This document shows positions 47,081-59,897 of a stretch of DNA of 64,000 nucleotides, one piece after another. The notes beneath the pieces were generated by a model, which ran no database searches, was not told where the DNA came from, and saw only the letters and a list, made by a program, of their open reading frames with translations. The stretch comes from Octopus sinensis (lineage: Eukaryota). The first letter of the stretch is position 1; each line of letters starts with the position of its first letter. The stretch lies in contig NC_043000.1 of the NCBI RefSeq assembly GCF_006345805.1, positions 66,402,001 to 66,466,000 on the forward strand, written 5' to 3'. Both the position numbers and the translations under genes were made by a program.

Positions 47081-47307
47081 CCCTTTAGCATTCAGATTAC
47101 AGCTGACTCTGTCAAATTTAATACTTATTTATTCATATTGTTTTGAATTAATCATCCATTATCTTGTAGCTTTGAGATTTCAACGATGTGATCATTTATT
47201 TTTAGAATGACACTGTAGGGTAGATGTGAGAGGTTGGATTTGACTAGTTTAAACATAAAACAAGGAGAACATTTGTGCTCGATATAGCCAGTTTAAATGC
47301 TAAAGGG
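47081..47307. mobile_element. TTAA-flanked (piggyBac-like) MITE
   Basis: TTAA|CCCTTTAGCATT ... AATGCTAAAGGG|TTAA: perfect 12-bp TIR. Related decayed MITEs near 3863-4061, 4500-4700 and 38790-39000. Confidence 0.8.
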
Positions 47308-47759
47308 TTAACTTGTGTCTAAATAATCTCATAACTAATTGGTGGAGAATTCCTTACAGTAAAGATATTTCATTTTGATGAGATTCTAATCAAATTGGAA
47401 AATGCTTTTATTTTAATAAATAGCTTTAAATAAATATGTAACAAAGTAAAAATAAAAGTATAAACTGAAAGGAGCAAATTGTAATTAATATTTTCATAAT
47501 ACAAACATACATCATTGGCTTTTATCTCATATCTGAGGATTTAGTTTCTTTTTTGTTGAACACTTCCTTTATGGTGATGATGTTGGTGACTAAGTAGACC
47601 AATTCTTGAATACAAGAGTCAATGACATTGATCTCATGGAAATGCTGGTGAAGGACAAGATGGATTTTTGTCAAGCATGACTTTTGATTTCTGTCATTTG
47701 ATTTCTCCCTTTTCTTTTATGGTGGCTTTGAAGTTTTTGGTTCCAATGATAATGGAACA

Positions 47760-48110
47760 CTATCACTTGGTATGGTCTCAGGCTTGTATTTCAAACCATT
47801 TAGGCTCAAGTACAGAGGCATTCAGTGTTGTTTTGAGTTGGTCTATGTATATTTGAAGAGTAAGTCTTGGTAGGGGAACCTTGACCTTTCCATTCTTGTT
47901 ACATCGAAGATGGTGTTTCATGATCAGCAATTTGATGGTTTGACTGTTGGTTCTTTCCAGGACTTTGTTGTTGGTCACATAGTGTTCCCATTTGATGTTC
48001 AAGATTGAATGAAGCTTTTGGTGGTGAAAGCATTCTAATTTTTGAATGTCGCAATGATAGAGATATAGTTCAGGTTTTGCAGCCATATAGCAAGGTTGAA
48101 ATGACAACAG
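47760..48110 (-). mobile_element. Decayed RTE/BovB-like LINE C-terminal fragment
   Basis: KLECFHHQKLHSILNIKWEHYVTNNKVLERT...LIMKHHLR resembles the RTE LE.FH.R.LR.IL.I.W...VTN..VL motif. Confidence 0.65.
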
Positions 48111-48474
48111 CATTATATATATATATAGATAGATAGATATAGATATGTTGTATGTATGTAATATAAATAACTACTTTTTACCAGTTTTCTAATGGTTTTT
48201 CTCTCTAAATGTGATCCTGCCAGTGGCAGAGCTTTAGGAGGGGCAGCCTGCCCCAAGCAAGACTCTTATGGGTCTGCTGTATAGGCTTGGAGGCCCATGT
48301 GTGTGTGTATTAAACTCAATGATTGCCCTAGTTAGCACACACTATCTTCGTGATGTGATCCTTTAAGTAAAATTCTTAAGTGGAAATCATTTTTTATTGA
48401 AAATTGAAAAAAAAACTTTAAAAACTCTAAACTATATCCAACTTTTGATGATGATTATTATTATTGTTATAGGA

Positions 48475-49481
48475 AAGGTGGCAAGCTGGCAGAATCATTA
48501 GCATCTTGAACATTAAGAGTTAGAACAATTACCACAAGGCATTTTGCCCAACAGTCTAACGATTCTCCCAATTCACCACCCTTAACATAATAATAATGGT
48601 TTCAAATTTTGGTACAAGGCCAGCAATTCTAAGGGATAAGTTGATTACACCGACTCCAGTGTTCAACTGGTACATATTTTATCAACCCCAAAAGGAGGAA
48701 AGTCAAAGTCAACCTCAGTAGAATTTGAACCTCGAATGTAAACAGCCAGAAGATAAGCACTAACCATTTTCTCTGACTCACTGATGATTTTAATAGCTTG
48801 TAGCCTTCCTTGTGATAATAATGGCACAAGGCTAGCAAATCAATCCCAGGACTTAACTGGTACTTGTTTTATCAACCTTGAAAGGATGAAAGGCAAAGAT
48901 ACACTTAGCAAGATTTGAGCTCAAAACATAAAGAGCTGGAAGAAATGTTGCTAAGCACTTTGTCCAACATGCTAATAGTTCTGTCAGCTTGTTGCCTTAA
49001 TAATAATAATAATAATAATAATAATTCCTTCTACAAAAGGCACAAGGCCTAAAATTTTAGAGGAGAAGACAAGTTGATTACTTTGACCCCAGTGTTTCTC
49101 TAGTACTTAATTTATCGACACCAAAAAGATAAAAGGCAAAGTCAACTTCGGTGGAATTTGAACTCAGAATATAAAAACAGATGAAATACTGCAAAGCATT
49201 TCGTCCTGTGTGCTAATGATTCTGCCTGCTCACCACCCTAATAATAATAATGGTTTCAAATTTTACCACAAGGGCAGCAATTTTGTGGGAGGGGATGAGT
49301 CGATTATATGGACCCCAGTTTTCAACTGGTACTTATTTTTATCGACCCCAAAAAGATGAAAGGCAAAGTCAACCTCAGTGAAATTTGAACTCAGAATGGA
49401 GTGACAGGTGAAATACCGCTAAGCATTTTGTTCAGTGTGCTAACAATTCTGCCAGGTCGCCACCCTAATAATAATAATAAT
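48475..49481 (-). mobile_element. Head-to-tail cluster of family A SINEs separated by (AAT)n
   Basis: Minus copies at about 48590-48780, 48810-48998, 49025-49239 and 49250-49466, a partial minus head at 48538-48582 and a plus head at 48475-48505. Confidence 0.8.
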
Positions 49482-50106
49482 TTCTAACAACAAAGTGTGT
49501 AGGAGGAGGACAATACAGGCTTTTTGAGTATTAGTACATGACTAGTATATATTTTGAGTAAAAATATGAGGAATCAAAATACTCAAAACATAGAAGGACG
49601 AAACTAAATATGAGGCTTAGGAAATCTATGTAAAAGCCACCTGCAGTGAAACATCATGCTAGTTGTATTGATGTTTAGCCTCAGGTAAATTCTGATAGAG
49701 CAGATCTATAATTATTCCAGCTATGACCATCTGGAAGCATAATGAACCCAAGATCATATCATTTGATGTGTCCTTTTCTGAAACAATAAGATATGACTTG
49801 AAGGAGATTTGGTTGAAATTTCTAACTAAAGGAAAGTAAAGATAACTGCTGTAATAATTTGGTTAAGGAATAAAAAAAAAATGAAATAATTATTTTGAAT
49901 TAGAACTATTAAAACTAAATTATGTATTTTGTATTCCATAAATTTAGTTTCCATTCATTAAATAGAATTTGAAGTTTTATGCTATTTTCTAACAAAGGAA
50001 ATAAAATGTATTTAGATATCTAACTTAAAATATTTAAATCACTTACCAAGTTTTCCTATTTTACTAATCACAATATGCAGAACAAAAGCGATTATGATAT
50101 CACATG

Positions 50107-50320
50107 TCATGTAAACATACTGGCAAATGGTTGTGATTCATGAGGTAATGCCAACCGACGTGGATAGAAAGTATGGTCAACTGAATAGCGAAGTAAGTTG
50201 GTCAAATTAGACATGTATAAATCAGCAAAACGAGAGAGCCGCCGAGAAAAATATGTAGGATTGTGATGAGTACGGAACACGCTTCCAAAATGTGGGTTGA
50301 AAATCTCTTTGGCATATGCC
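50107..50320 (-). CDS. NT5DC3: 5'-nucleotidase domain-containing protein (NT5DC2/NT5DC3 type), last coding exon
   Basis: [R][70 protein letters not shown] (FGS.FRT..NPTYF.RRL.RFAD.Y). The symbol is nominal; likely co-orthologue of NT5DC2/3. Confidence 0.93.
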
Positions 50321-50636
50321 CTATGGTAAAATAGAAAAATAAAAATATTAGTTTAATTATATGAAAACTGAATCACAAAATCCAAATTCTGTGTTTGTTT
50401 ACAATTTTTTATAATTTTCATATATATCAACCTGTCTCTTAATCTTTTACTTGCTTTAATGACTGGACTGCAGTCACCTTGAAGGGTTTAATCGAACAAA
50501 TCAGACCCCAGTACTTGTTTTTTAAGCCTGGTACTTATTCTGCTGAACTGTAAAATTATGGGGATGTAACCAAACCAACACTGGTTGTCAAGCAGTGGTG
50601 GAGTACAAGCACAAATAGAAAGATACATGCACAAAG

Positions 50637-50679
<43 letters not shown>

Positions 50680-50709
50680 AACATCTCTCTCTCATATATA
50701 TATACATGG

Positions 50710-50965
50710 TCCTTGTTCTGGTGGCACATAAAAAGCACCATTCGAATGTGGCCGATGCCAGCCCTCTCTGGCCCCTGTGCCGGGGGCACGTAAAAAAAGC
50801 ACCCACTACACTCTTGGGGTTGTTAGCGTTAGAAAGGGCATCCAGCTGTAGAAACCTTGCCAGATCAGATTGGAGCCTGGTGCAGCTTCCTGGCTTCCCA
50901 GACCCCAGTCGAATTGTCCAACCCATGCCAGCATGGAAAATGGACCTTAAACGATGATGATGATA
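50710..50965 (+). mobile_element. RTE 3' UTR/tail
   Basis: One hairpin unit, the conserved tail and (GAT)n. Further tails near 5690, 11500, 39370, 41380(-), 45960(-), 51640(-), 52540, 53440, 59280(-). Confidence 0.8.
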
Positions 50966-52909
50966 TATATATATATATAAATAATTCAATTAGGCAGCTG
51001 TTTAGCAATGTATCACCAAAAATGAAAACTATAATTGTCATTAAGAGGTGTTAGAACATCTACAATGCTAGAAATAAAACCTATAGTGTTCTGATGTTGC
51101 AGTCAATGCACATAATTGTATACATACATACAGCGACCGTAAACAGATGAAAGTGGCAGTTCAGATACCCCTGTATCGTTGATGGTTTTGTCAGTAAATC
51201 ATAAATTTGAAAGAGAAACACACTCTAAGCTATAGAGCAGTAGAGGAATTACATAAACATAGTTATGGCCAACATCTACTAAATCAACTCACAAAACTTT
51301 GGTTAGTCCAGGACGATAGTAGAAAACACTTGTCCAAGGTGCTACAGTGGAAATGAACAAAAGCCCACATGGTTGGGAAGAAAATTGCTTACAACATATA
51401 TATAATGTCAAGTAGAGATGATCATGAATTCACAAACCAAATGAAAAAAAAAATCTTTGGAACTAAAATCCTTTCATTAATGTCACTAATGAGCTTGAGA
51501 AATTCACGGCCATCTCACCATCTTACTATTACACTATATACAGGCATTTTCTTTGGATCAATTTAGAGTTTTGTTTTTAAAGAGTGAGGTTCATGACCAC
51601 AAACATTTCTGATACGTAACTTAGAAACAAAAATCTGGCATCATCATCATCGTTTAATGTCCATTGTCCATGCTGGCATGGGTTTGATGGTTTGACCAGA
51701 ACTGGCAAGCTGGGGAGCTGCACCAGACTCCAGTTTGATTTTCATGGTTTCTATGGCTGGATGCCTGTCCTAACATCATACACTTTGCACCCTTTTACTC
51801 TAAGAATATGCTTTCAGAATACTTTCTCTTTTGCTTATAAGTTACCTTTGTAAAAAAAAAAAAAAAAAAAAACATCTCTTGCCCATTATGTTCCTGTTAA
51901 GTCTTCATCTGTTCCTCACCTCCACTCTCACCCTCATGTCTATCACAATATTTTCTCCTATTCACTGCACTGTGCCTTCTGCGTTTTAAGGGATAGTGTT
52001 GGATTTGTCCATATTCAATTCACCTCCTTATTATCACCCTTTATCATACTACTTCTATCTCAACACACCTATTAATCAGATGTATTTGTATTTAATATCC
52101 ACTGCTCTCACCCTTCTTTACTGGTAACTATCACACTCTGTACCTTATGTCACTCATTACTGACATATCTCTATCTCTCTCTCTCTCTTACCACTTCTGC
52201 TGCTATCTATTTCTCACTTTATCTGTTACACCTCCAACTCATCATTCTCTTCCTCTCACTTTCCATTCATATTACTCTGTTTTCCACCACCCTATCTTCT
52301 TCCAGTCTCTACCTCTTCCTCCATCACATGCCACTCATGCTGTATTTCTATTCACTTTCCTTAGAAACAGCTATGTCTCTCTTCCATTACTTACTCCCTT
52401 ACCACTCTCTATTATCTTTTCCTTTTTCTCATTGTATTTATACTCACTCACTAACTTCTTTCCCCCTATTGGTCATGTTTGCATTGAACAAGTGAAGACA
52501 ACATAGAACAGAGGGGACAGCAATCTTTCTGAAGCTGGTACTATGAAAAAATGTACTCAATACACTCTGTAAAATGGTTAGTAAATAAATGGTGACAACA
52601 TTGCACCAAGAGGACTCTTTTCTAGTCTTGTCAAAGATATGACAACTTCCCTAGTGTTGGTGCCATGCTAAAATGCATCCAGTACATTCTGGCTGACATC
52701 AAAAAGGGCCTCAAGCCTTAGTATTCAATGCCAAAAATAGAACACCTGATTGAGATGCAGATAGTTTCTCCAAATAAAAACTGACTAGACCTTGACTTGT
52801 CCAGGCCCATGCCAACATGAAAAGTAGATATAAAATGATGATGATGGTGATGATGATTGAAAAGTGTTATTGTTGAATGCAAACTTAAAAGTTTTAGCAT
52901 TGACCTTAC

Positions 52910-52974
52910 CTCACTAAGTCTCTTTCATGAAGCCATTCTTTTAGAATTTCTGTGTCTTCAAGAGCAGTAGTATC
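52910..52974 (-). CDS. NT5DC3: NT5DC2/3-type gene, internal exon
   Basis: DTTALEDTEILKEWLHERDLV[R]; TTTTCAG/GTAAGG; 65 nt, phase 0->2. Confidence 0.9.
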
Positions 52975-53228
52975 CTGAAAATAACAACAAATGATAACTT
53001 CATACAGATGCGTGTTTCTCTTTTTAGTTTCAGTTTGAAATTTCTATGTAATTTCTATATATATGTTACATTATCAATGTACTATGGTGCCTGAGTATAA
53101 ACACAGATTAAATCAATACTAAATTTACTGAACTTGCAATAGGTACTAAAATCTAAATTTTCAAAATAAATCATCAAAAAACATATATTTCTGAAGAATC
53201 TCCTTTAGCATTATGTAAATGAACCAAC

Positions 53229-53315
53229 CTGGCAATATTCTATCATTTGCTGCAGAACCATGCCCCACCTGACCGCTACTTTGTAGTCTGTGGCATTGAT
53301 TTTATCTATTTCATT
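53229..53315 (-). CDS. NT5DC3: NT5DC2/3-type gene, internal exon
   Basis: NEIDKINATDYKVAVRWGMVLQQMIEYCQ (compare REIRIINTEQY...W...L...Q); 87 nt, phase 0->0. Confidence 0.9.
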
Positions 53316-54142
53316 CTGAGAAGTGAAAGTAAGAAACAAAAAATAAGTACATTTCATGTTTAGCAAACTTAAATATAATGATAAACATTTACAATAAATA
53401 ACAGGAATTTGAATATGGGGGAAGATTATTTGGGATAAAAAAAAAAGCATCTAGTACACTGTGAAGCAGTTGGCATTAGGAAAGGCATTTAGCTGTAGAA
53501 ATCATGCCAAACATATATTGGAAATTTTCTCAGCCCTCTGGCTTGTCAGTTCATCTCAAATCATCCAACCCATGCCAGTATGGAAAAAGGTATTTTAAAT
53601 GAGGATGGTGATGATGATGATGATGATTGTGGTGGTGGTGGTGGTGATAATGATGGTGGTGGTGATGATGATGATGCTTGGAAAGAGTTTGATTTAGACA
53701 TTAGTATGTATAATGGTCAATGGAGAAAAAAACTTTTTAGCATTGTTGTTGTAATGATTATGTCTTCCCAGGACAACTTCTATTGAACACTCCTACAGTA
53801 CAGAGTTAATTGACCAAACAATTAAGCATGATCCATAGATCTGTCAAGGTATGGAATTAACTATCCACATTGATTGCTAGCTGTCAGGACACTGCATCCT
53901 TCAAAAATTCCATGCTTCCTAAAATTCATTAACACAATTCCTCACATGTCTATGCATCCATTTCTCTTTATTGCTCTTTTACTGTTCAATTTTCTGTCTT
54001 TTTGTGTTCTATTTTGTATACTGTGCATGCACATCTGGTATTTATTGCTGTCTTTCTTTGTCTTACTGTTGCTTTCTGTGCCCTCTTTTACTCTTTTCCA
54101 ATGAGTTGTGGTGCACCTGAGTACTACATACCAAAAGCTCAT

Positions 54143-54600
54143 TATTATTATTATTATTATTATTATTGAGTGAGAGAGCAGTGCATGCCATCAAAGTGAC
54201 ACTGGGGTAAAATATACGAAGCCCAGTGTATCCATCATGACTACCCGTCTGATAAGGGTACACTAGGCACAAGCATCACAACCATATGTATGCGACATGG
54301 TGATCTTATATCAAGATAAACAGGACATGACCTTGCAGGTGGGGGCCCAGTTAGAATTTTTTCTGCTGGTCGAGTAACCCATCCCGCTCAAAAAGGTCCC
54401 TGAATAAGGGTTGTTTAAGGATGTTGAATGAAACACCCATGTTTCCAGAGGTAAATTATTCAAACCCCAAAGAATCCCTCTCAACATATGGCTATGATGC
54501 TCCCCCACTACTTCTGCTCATGATCAGAGATGCACATATCGTCAGCCACTAAGGGACATGCTCAACTGGTTATGGTCAAACAAGTGACAAGTAAGTCTGT
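54143..54600 (-). mobile_element. Non-autonomous retro-like repeat with (AAT)n tail, family unassigned
   Basis: GC-richer block with CpGs ending ...GCACTGCTCTCTCACTCAATAATAATAAT on the minus strand; no coding signal. Confidence 0.5.
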
Positions 54601-55483
54601 GGTATTGAGCAGAATATTTGCTGTATTATCACCACCACCACCACCACCACCACCACCATACTGTAATAGTCTGGACATGCTGTATTCTCTCCATTGTCCA
54701 GTGTGTTTCTGTTGTATTGTTGTTTAGCCCATTGCCAGCTCTGATCATTCAGAATTATGATCAAAGCATCCCAGCCAAGGTCATCCCTTCTTATTTTCAA
54801 AACAAAGGATCCAAGACTACACTATCTAATGTGTCCTGCCTTTCTTAAGATGATAGGGCTTGATTTGAAAGATTTAGCTGCTGTGTTTAGGTGGAGAAAC
54901 CACATACACTCCCTCAATGACTTGTCTCTATACTTGTTATTGCTGTTTAGCCCCAGATCAGCTTGAGCAGACCAGTAATCAAAAACATTTCAGCCATAAC
55001 CACCCAGTTTTATTTTTTATTTCAGGCATAGTATATCTAGGACCATATTAATCAATGTGCTCTTTTTTTTTTTTTTTGAGCTGGTGATATGTAATATGTA
55101 GGATATTTGGCTGCTATTTTTATGAAGGACATGTTATCTCTTTGAAGGGCTTTTGGCAGTCAAGCAACCATATAGAAGTTTCCTCATATGCCTGCAGATT
55201 CTGGTGCTGGCTCTGGCAAAGGCAGGCAAAGTGGAGTTAGTTAGAACATAACTATTGCTATTCATCCCAGCAAAATGTTTATGGTTAACGATGCTGCAGT
55301 TATTACATGAGCTGTTTGTTTTTATGCTTTTATGTTTGGGCTGAGTGGAAACGATTAAGTTTTATAAGTAAGTTTTTAAACTGATTTAATTTCCAAAAAC
55401 CTAAAATGTTTTAGGTTAGTTTGTAAGTAACAATAACATAAAGTCAACAACAAGTACTAATGTATGCAGTAGTCAAACCCAGA

Positions 55484-55679
55484 TTTAGACTTAGTGAGCT
55501 CAGTCCATGAGTTGAAAAATGGTAAAAGATATATGCCTTTAAAAATATTTTGAGACCCCTGTGGATTGTGAGGTCCAAAACTTTAGACCTAGTGAGCTCG
55601 GTCCCCTAGTTGGAAAATGGTAATGGATATATCCCTTTTAAATATTTTGAAACCCCTGTGGATTATGAGGTCCTAAACT
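55484..55679. repeat. Two-unit tandem duplication, period about 98 bp
   Basis: TTTAGAC(T/C)TAGTGAGCTC...AAAATGGTAA...AAATATTTTGA.ACCCCTGTGGATT.TGAGGTCC starts at 55484 and again at 55582. Confidence 0.85.
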
Positions 55680-58539
55680 GTAACTTATTTAGTTTGTGTC
55701 TAGATCTGGCACTAATAGTAATAAATTTTCTGCATAGGTTGGAAAATCATAAATATAAGTCAGTTTTAGTTAATAATTACATGAAGTTAAAACCAAGAAT
55801 TAATGCATGTAGTAGTAAGCATTCTATATAGTTTGTAAAAGATAACAATCTTTGCGATTTGATTGGAGTTGCCCTTACTTATTTTTTAGGTTTTTAGGTC
55901 ATGCTATAAGCAGTTAATTACTCAGAATAAGTAACAATTAGTATTCTTTTTATATACTTCCAGTCTCTAAATAAAGTAATATTAATTAAAGAAGACTACA
56001 GTATTTACCGCATTTCTTGGCATCAAGGACGCTCTGACCATAAAGATTTTGGCTTGAGCATTTGGAAAACAAATAAACAAAAAAATCAGGGTTTTAATGC
56101 TTTTACATACTTCACCAAGATATTTTGTTAATGGTTTAGTCACCTGTTGATGACTTATCCTTAATGTTTTTTTCTTTTACTTTTAAAATACAGACACACA
56201 AGCTTAGCATAGTCAACTCTCTTCTGGTGACAAAATGACTTATGAAAAATGTAGTCTTCATTCTTTAGAATGTACAGTAAATCATTAAATTTTCTCAACA
56301 TATTTTGGGGAGGAAACAACATACTCAATGGTGAGAAATAGGACTTGTGCATATTGAGAAAAAATTAATTCAAAACATCAGGGTCAAAATAGTTGGAAGA
56401 AGCTTTATAATCAAGTGTAATTAAAAATAAGAGGATAAAATATATTATTGATTTTTAAGTACAAAAGGTGTAGTCATATTACATTTGAAATTGCATTATA
56501 TCTGATTAAATACTGTAGGTGTAAAAATAACAGTAAAATACAAGTTTAATTATGTGGGGTGTCAAAGTGCCAACCACAATCATCATCACCATTGCTGGAA
56601 TTGTTTTTATACTTTCCCGGTATTTATGATTCTGTTGTACAGTATATGACCATTCATCTAGATCCATTGTTATGTTCTCTTGGAGGAAGGAGAAAATGTT
56701 CAGATCTGACCTGACAATTTTCCTGCTTGCTTTCTCAATCTTCCTTCAATAGTAAACATAACAAGCCAATGAGGAAGTAGCTATGTGGTCACTAGAACTG
56801 CTAGATATAGTAGCAAAATCTCTCATAAATCACTATCTACCATCTTAAAGAGTAGAAATATTGACTGAAATGCTAGATACATTGTGTCTGAGAATAAACA
56901 AGGATGGTCATGGCTAGAATGCTTTTAGTTATAACTAAGTTTGTTCAGGGCTCACCTGGATTTAAACAATAATAACAACAACTGTAAATATTCAGCACTA
57001 ACAATCAGTGTTCCCTCTAAGCTCTGCTATTGTACATGAGCACCCACATGTTTGACAACTACTGCACAATAGAAAAAATGTGCACACACAAGTTTTTCAA
57101 AATGAAATAGGAATATTGCATGATAATTACTGACATGGATGTAGACATACTTAGCAAAGAAAGACAACACTTGTATACAAGCAAATTTCTAGTAAAATTT
57201 CCTGACATATTTTAGGGAGGAAATAATGTCCTCAATGCTAAGAAATAAAGTACTCATGTATAATGAAAGAGTTTTAATAAAAAAAAAACATCTGTATCAA
57301 AATTGTTGGGAGTAATTTTATAAATGAGTGTAAAAGGAAAAACGATAAGAGGATAAAATATTTTACTGATTTTTAGATAGAAAAAGTGTGAGTTGCTTTA
57401 CACATCCATAGCAACAAAATTAGAGGAAACATATTTCATCACCCATTTGTATCATATGTTAATATCAGTATATTAAACAAGAAAAAAATCTTTTAATATA
57501 AAATACAATTTCACATCACCAAATCATAACATTTGAATATTGAGTCCATGTTAAAGTAGATGGTTTGTATCTCTTATTTTTTTATGTCTGCTTTGGTTAA
57601 TTATGGGCTGAAATATTGTCTCTTGCAATTTGTTACTGTATGCAAATGTGAATGCAGGCATTGTAATGCATTTTCCCACCTTTCGTAGAAAGGACTTCAA
57701 TAAAATTTTGCATTTTGCGCTTATAGACAAAAAAAAGTATATCAATTTCTCCTGTAAAATTAAAGACAATGCTTTTACTATCCAATCATTCTCTCAGCTC
57801 ATATGTGCCCTACTTTTCATACAAGTTGATATTACACACACAATAGCCAAAATGAAAGATAGAATTTTATTTTAAATTGGATGTGTTGGATAATTTTAAG
57901 CACATTCAAAATTTAATTTTGAAATGAAAAGTACCAAAGGATCAGAGAACTTTCTGTTTATAAGTGGCTCTACCAGTGTTGGCAGTGTTGGAGTCTCTGT
58001 CAGTCTTAAAGATGAACTTTTGGTGGTTCAAATAACTGAATTGTTTCTTGTGAAAATAAAGGGTAAGTGGCTGAGTATTCCACAGACATGTGTGCTTGTA
58101 AACAATTCTCAAGCTGAATGTGGCAAGGATGGACCTTAGAATTACAGGTACAACCCAGAGAAAGAACTGACCCCAGTACTTGACTGGTACTTTGTTTATT
58201 GACTCACAAAGCATCAAAGAGAAAGTTGACCTCCACAAGATTGGCACTTAGAGCACAGTGTAAAGAGCTGAATAAATACCACAAAACACTCCAACCAGCA
58301 CTAATGATTCTGCTACCTTGTCTCAATATCTTCAATCATAAATATACTTGGAGAAACAAATAAAAGTGCTGAAAAATTAGCAAAGTTGTTTTTAAGAAAT
58401 AACATCAATTCAAAATATTTAGACAGAAAGCATTATCTGTTATATTCCCTTTGTATTTCCTAAGTCTGACCCCGTAATCATGACAAGAAATGAATAATAT
58501 ATTGCCAATGAATGTTTGCCAACAGACATGTTCTATTAG

Positions 58540-58945
58540 TTGGGAATCGAAGTGGTGAGAAAGGATCTTCAGACATTGGGTTTCACAGAGGGATTTACAA
58601 GGGATACAGACTACTGATGGATTGCTGAGCTTGAGAAGACACATCAAGCTAAATAAAACCGCAGATGTCTTGCATACAGGCATGTCATTTACGTCCTTCT
58701 TCAGCTGAGCAATCCTAATCTTGTGGCCTCATGAGTGCTGGTACTATGTAAAAGCACCCATGCTGGTGCTGCATAAAAGCACCAAGTACATTCTGTAAAG
58801 TGGTTGGCATTAGGAAAAGCATCCAGCAGTAGAAACCACGTCAAAACAGACATGGAGTCCAGGCAGCTCTTCAGCTGGCCAGCTCATCAAACCAGCCAAC
58901 CCATACCAGCATAGAAAACAGATGTTAAATGATGATCATGATGGA
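58540..58945 (+). mobile_element. Old RTE 3' end with tail
   Basis: EVVRKDLQTLGFTEG...LEKTHQAK remnant followed by the standard tail. Confidence 0.7.
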
Positions 58946-59843
58946 TGATTATCTATATTGGTTAAAACTCTTTAGAACAATTGAAGACAAAGAGATGTTA
59001 AATTTCATGTATTAGGATGCATGAAAAGTTTTTAAAAAACTTCTTTAAGGGCTTATCCTACATCTGTGAAAATTGAATTTCCAGTGGGCTCTGTGGAGCA
59101 AACCTATCCACCAGTTTAAACAAGCAAAAAGATGATATCTGGCAATACTTCTGTTGGACATGTGCCACAGAGAACACAGAATGAACTCTGTTAAGGCACC
59201 TTAGTGTAAGGTAGTAATCTTAAACCAGGCAACAGGTTATAGTTTAACACAAAATTGGCAACAAATAAGGGTCTACTGGATCATCATCATCATTTAACAT
59301 CCATCTTCCATGTTGGCATGGGTTAGATGGTTTGACAGAAGCTGGCAAGCTGGAGTGCTGCACCAGGCTTTATTGCACATAGCATTGAGAATATATCAGA
59401 ATCACAAATTTTGAAAACTGTAACAGAATAGTATTGTATATGCTGATAAAATGGTTTGCAATAAACAAATAAGTACCAGTTAGTAAGTTCTGAAGCTGAT
59501 TAAACCATCTGTTTGTACTTTCCCACACCCTATCAAACGAATGATTTTATCTGCTCTAGTGTGCAGAATAAATATAAACTAATCACAGTAATGCAGATAT
59601 GTAAACATCTGAAATAATAATTCCAAATTTATTAAACAATCAGAGATGAACCCATAATGAGATTAGTCAGTTCTTTACCTGATGTTTAAATGGATATGAA
59701 AATAATTTTATAGTTTAATGTAATTTTAAATAAATATTTGATACATTTTAAGATATAATTCCAATAATAGCTCTATCACCAATTTCAATAAAATCAATTA
59801 AAGTCTTAGTTTAAGACGCTGAGTAATTGCATTTACCACATAC

Positions 59844-59897
59844 CTCAAGTTCAGGAATGATAGCTCCAGTTCTCCAGCCATGCCTCAGGGCAACATC
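59844..59897 (-). CDS. NT5DC3: NT5DC2/3-type gene, internal exon
   Basis: DVALRHGWRTGAIIPELE (NT5DC2 DLMLRHGWRTGAIIPELE); TTATAG/GTATGT; 54 nt. Confidence 0.96.

Noticed and set aside
54430-54570. Type III hammerhead-like pieces on the minus strand (CATGTC-CC..GG-CTGACGA ... GAAACATG)
   Set aside because: Stem I is only 2 bp, and the ~100 nt between the cores does not form a closable stem II with a G-C base pair.
57680-57751. 72-nt frame-preserving AG/GT segment (EKLIYFF...FLRK) inside an NT5DC intron
   Set aside because: No similarity to NT5DC proteins; it would interrupt a conserved helix that is contiguous in homologues; the donor (GTGGGA) is weak.
57924-58247. ORFs on both strands and a strong GTAAGT donor
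   Set aside because: The sequence aligns with the decayed SINE family at 12110-12360 (GTGAAA.TAA...AAGTGGCTGAG.A.TCCACAGACA).
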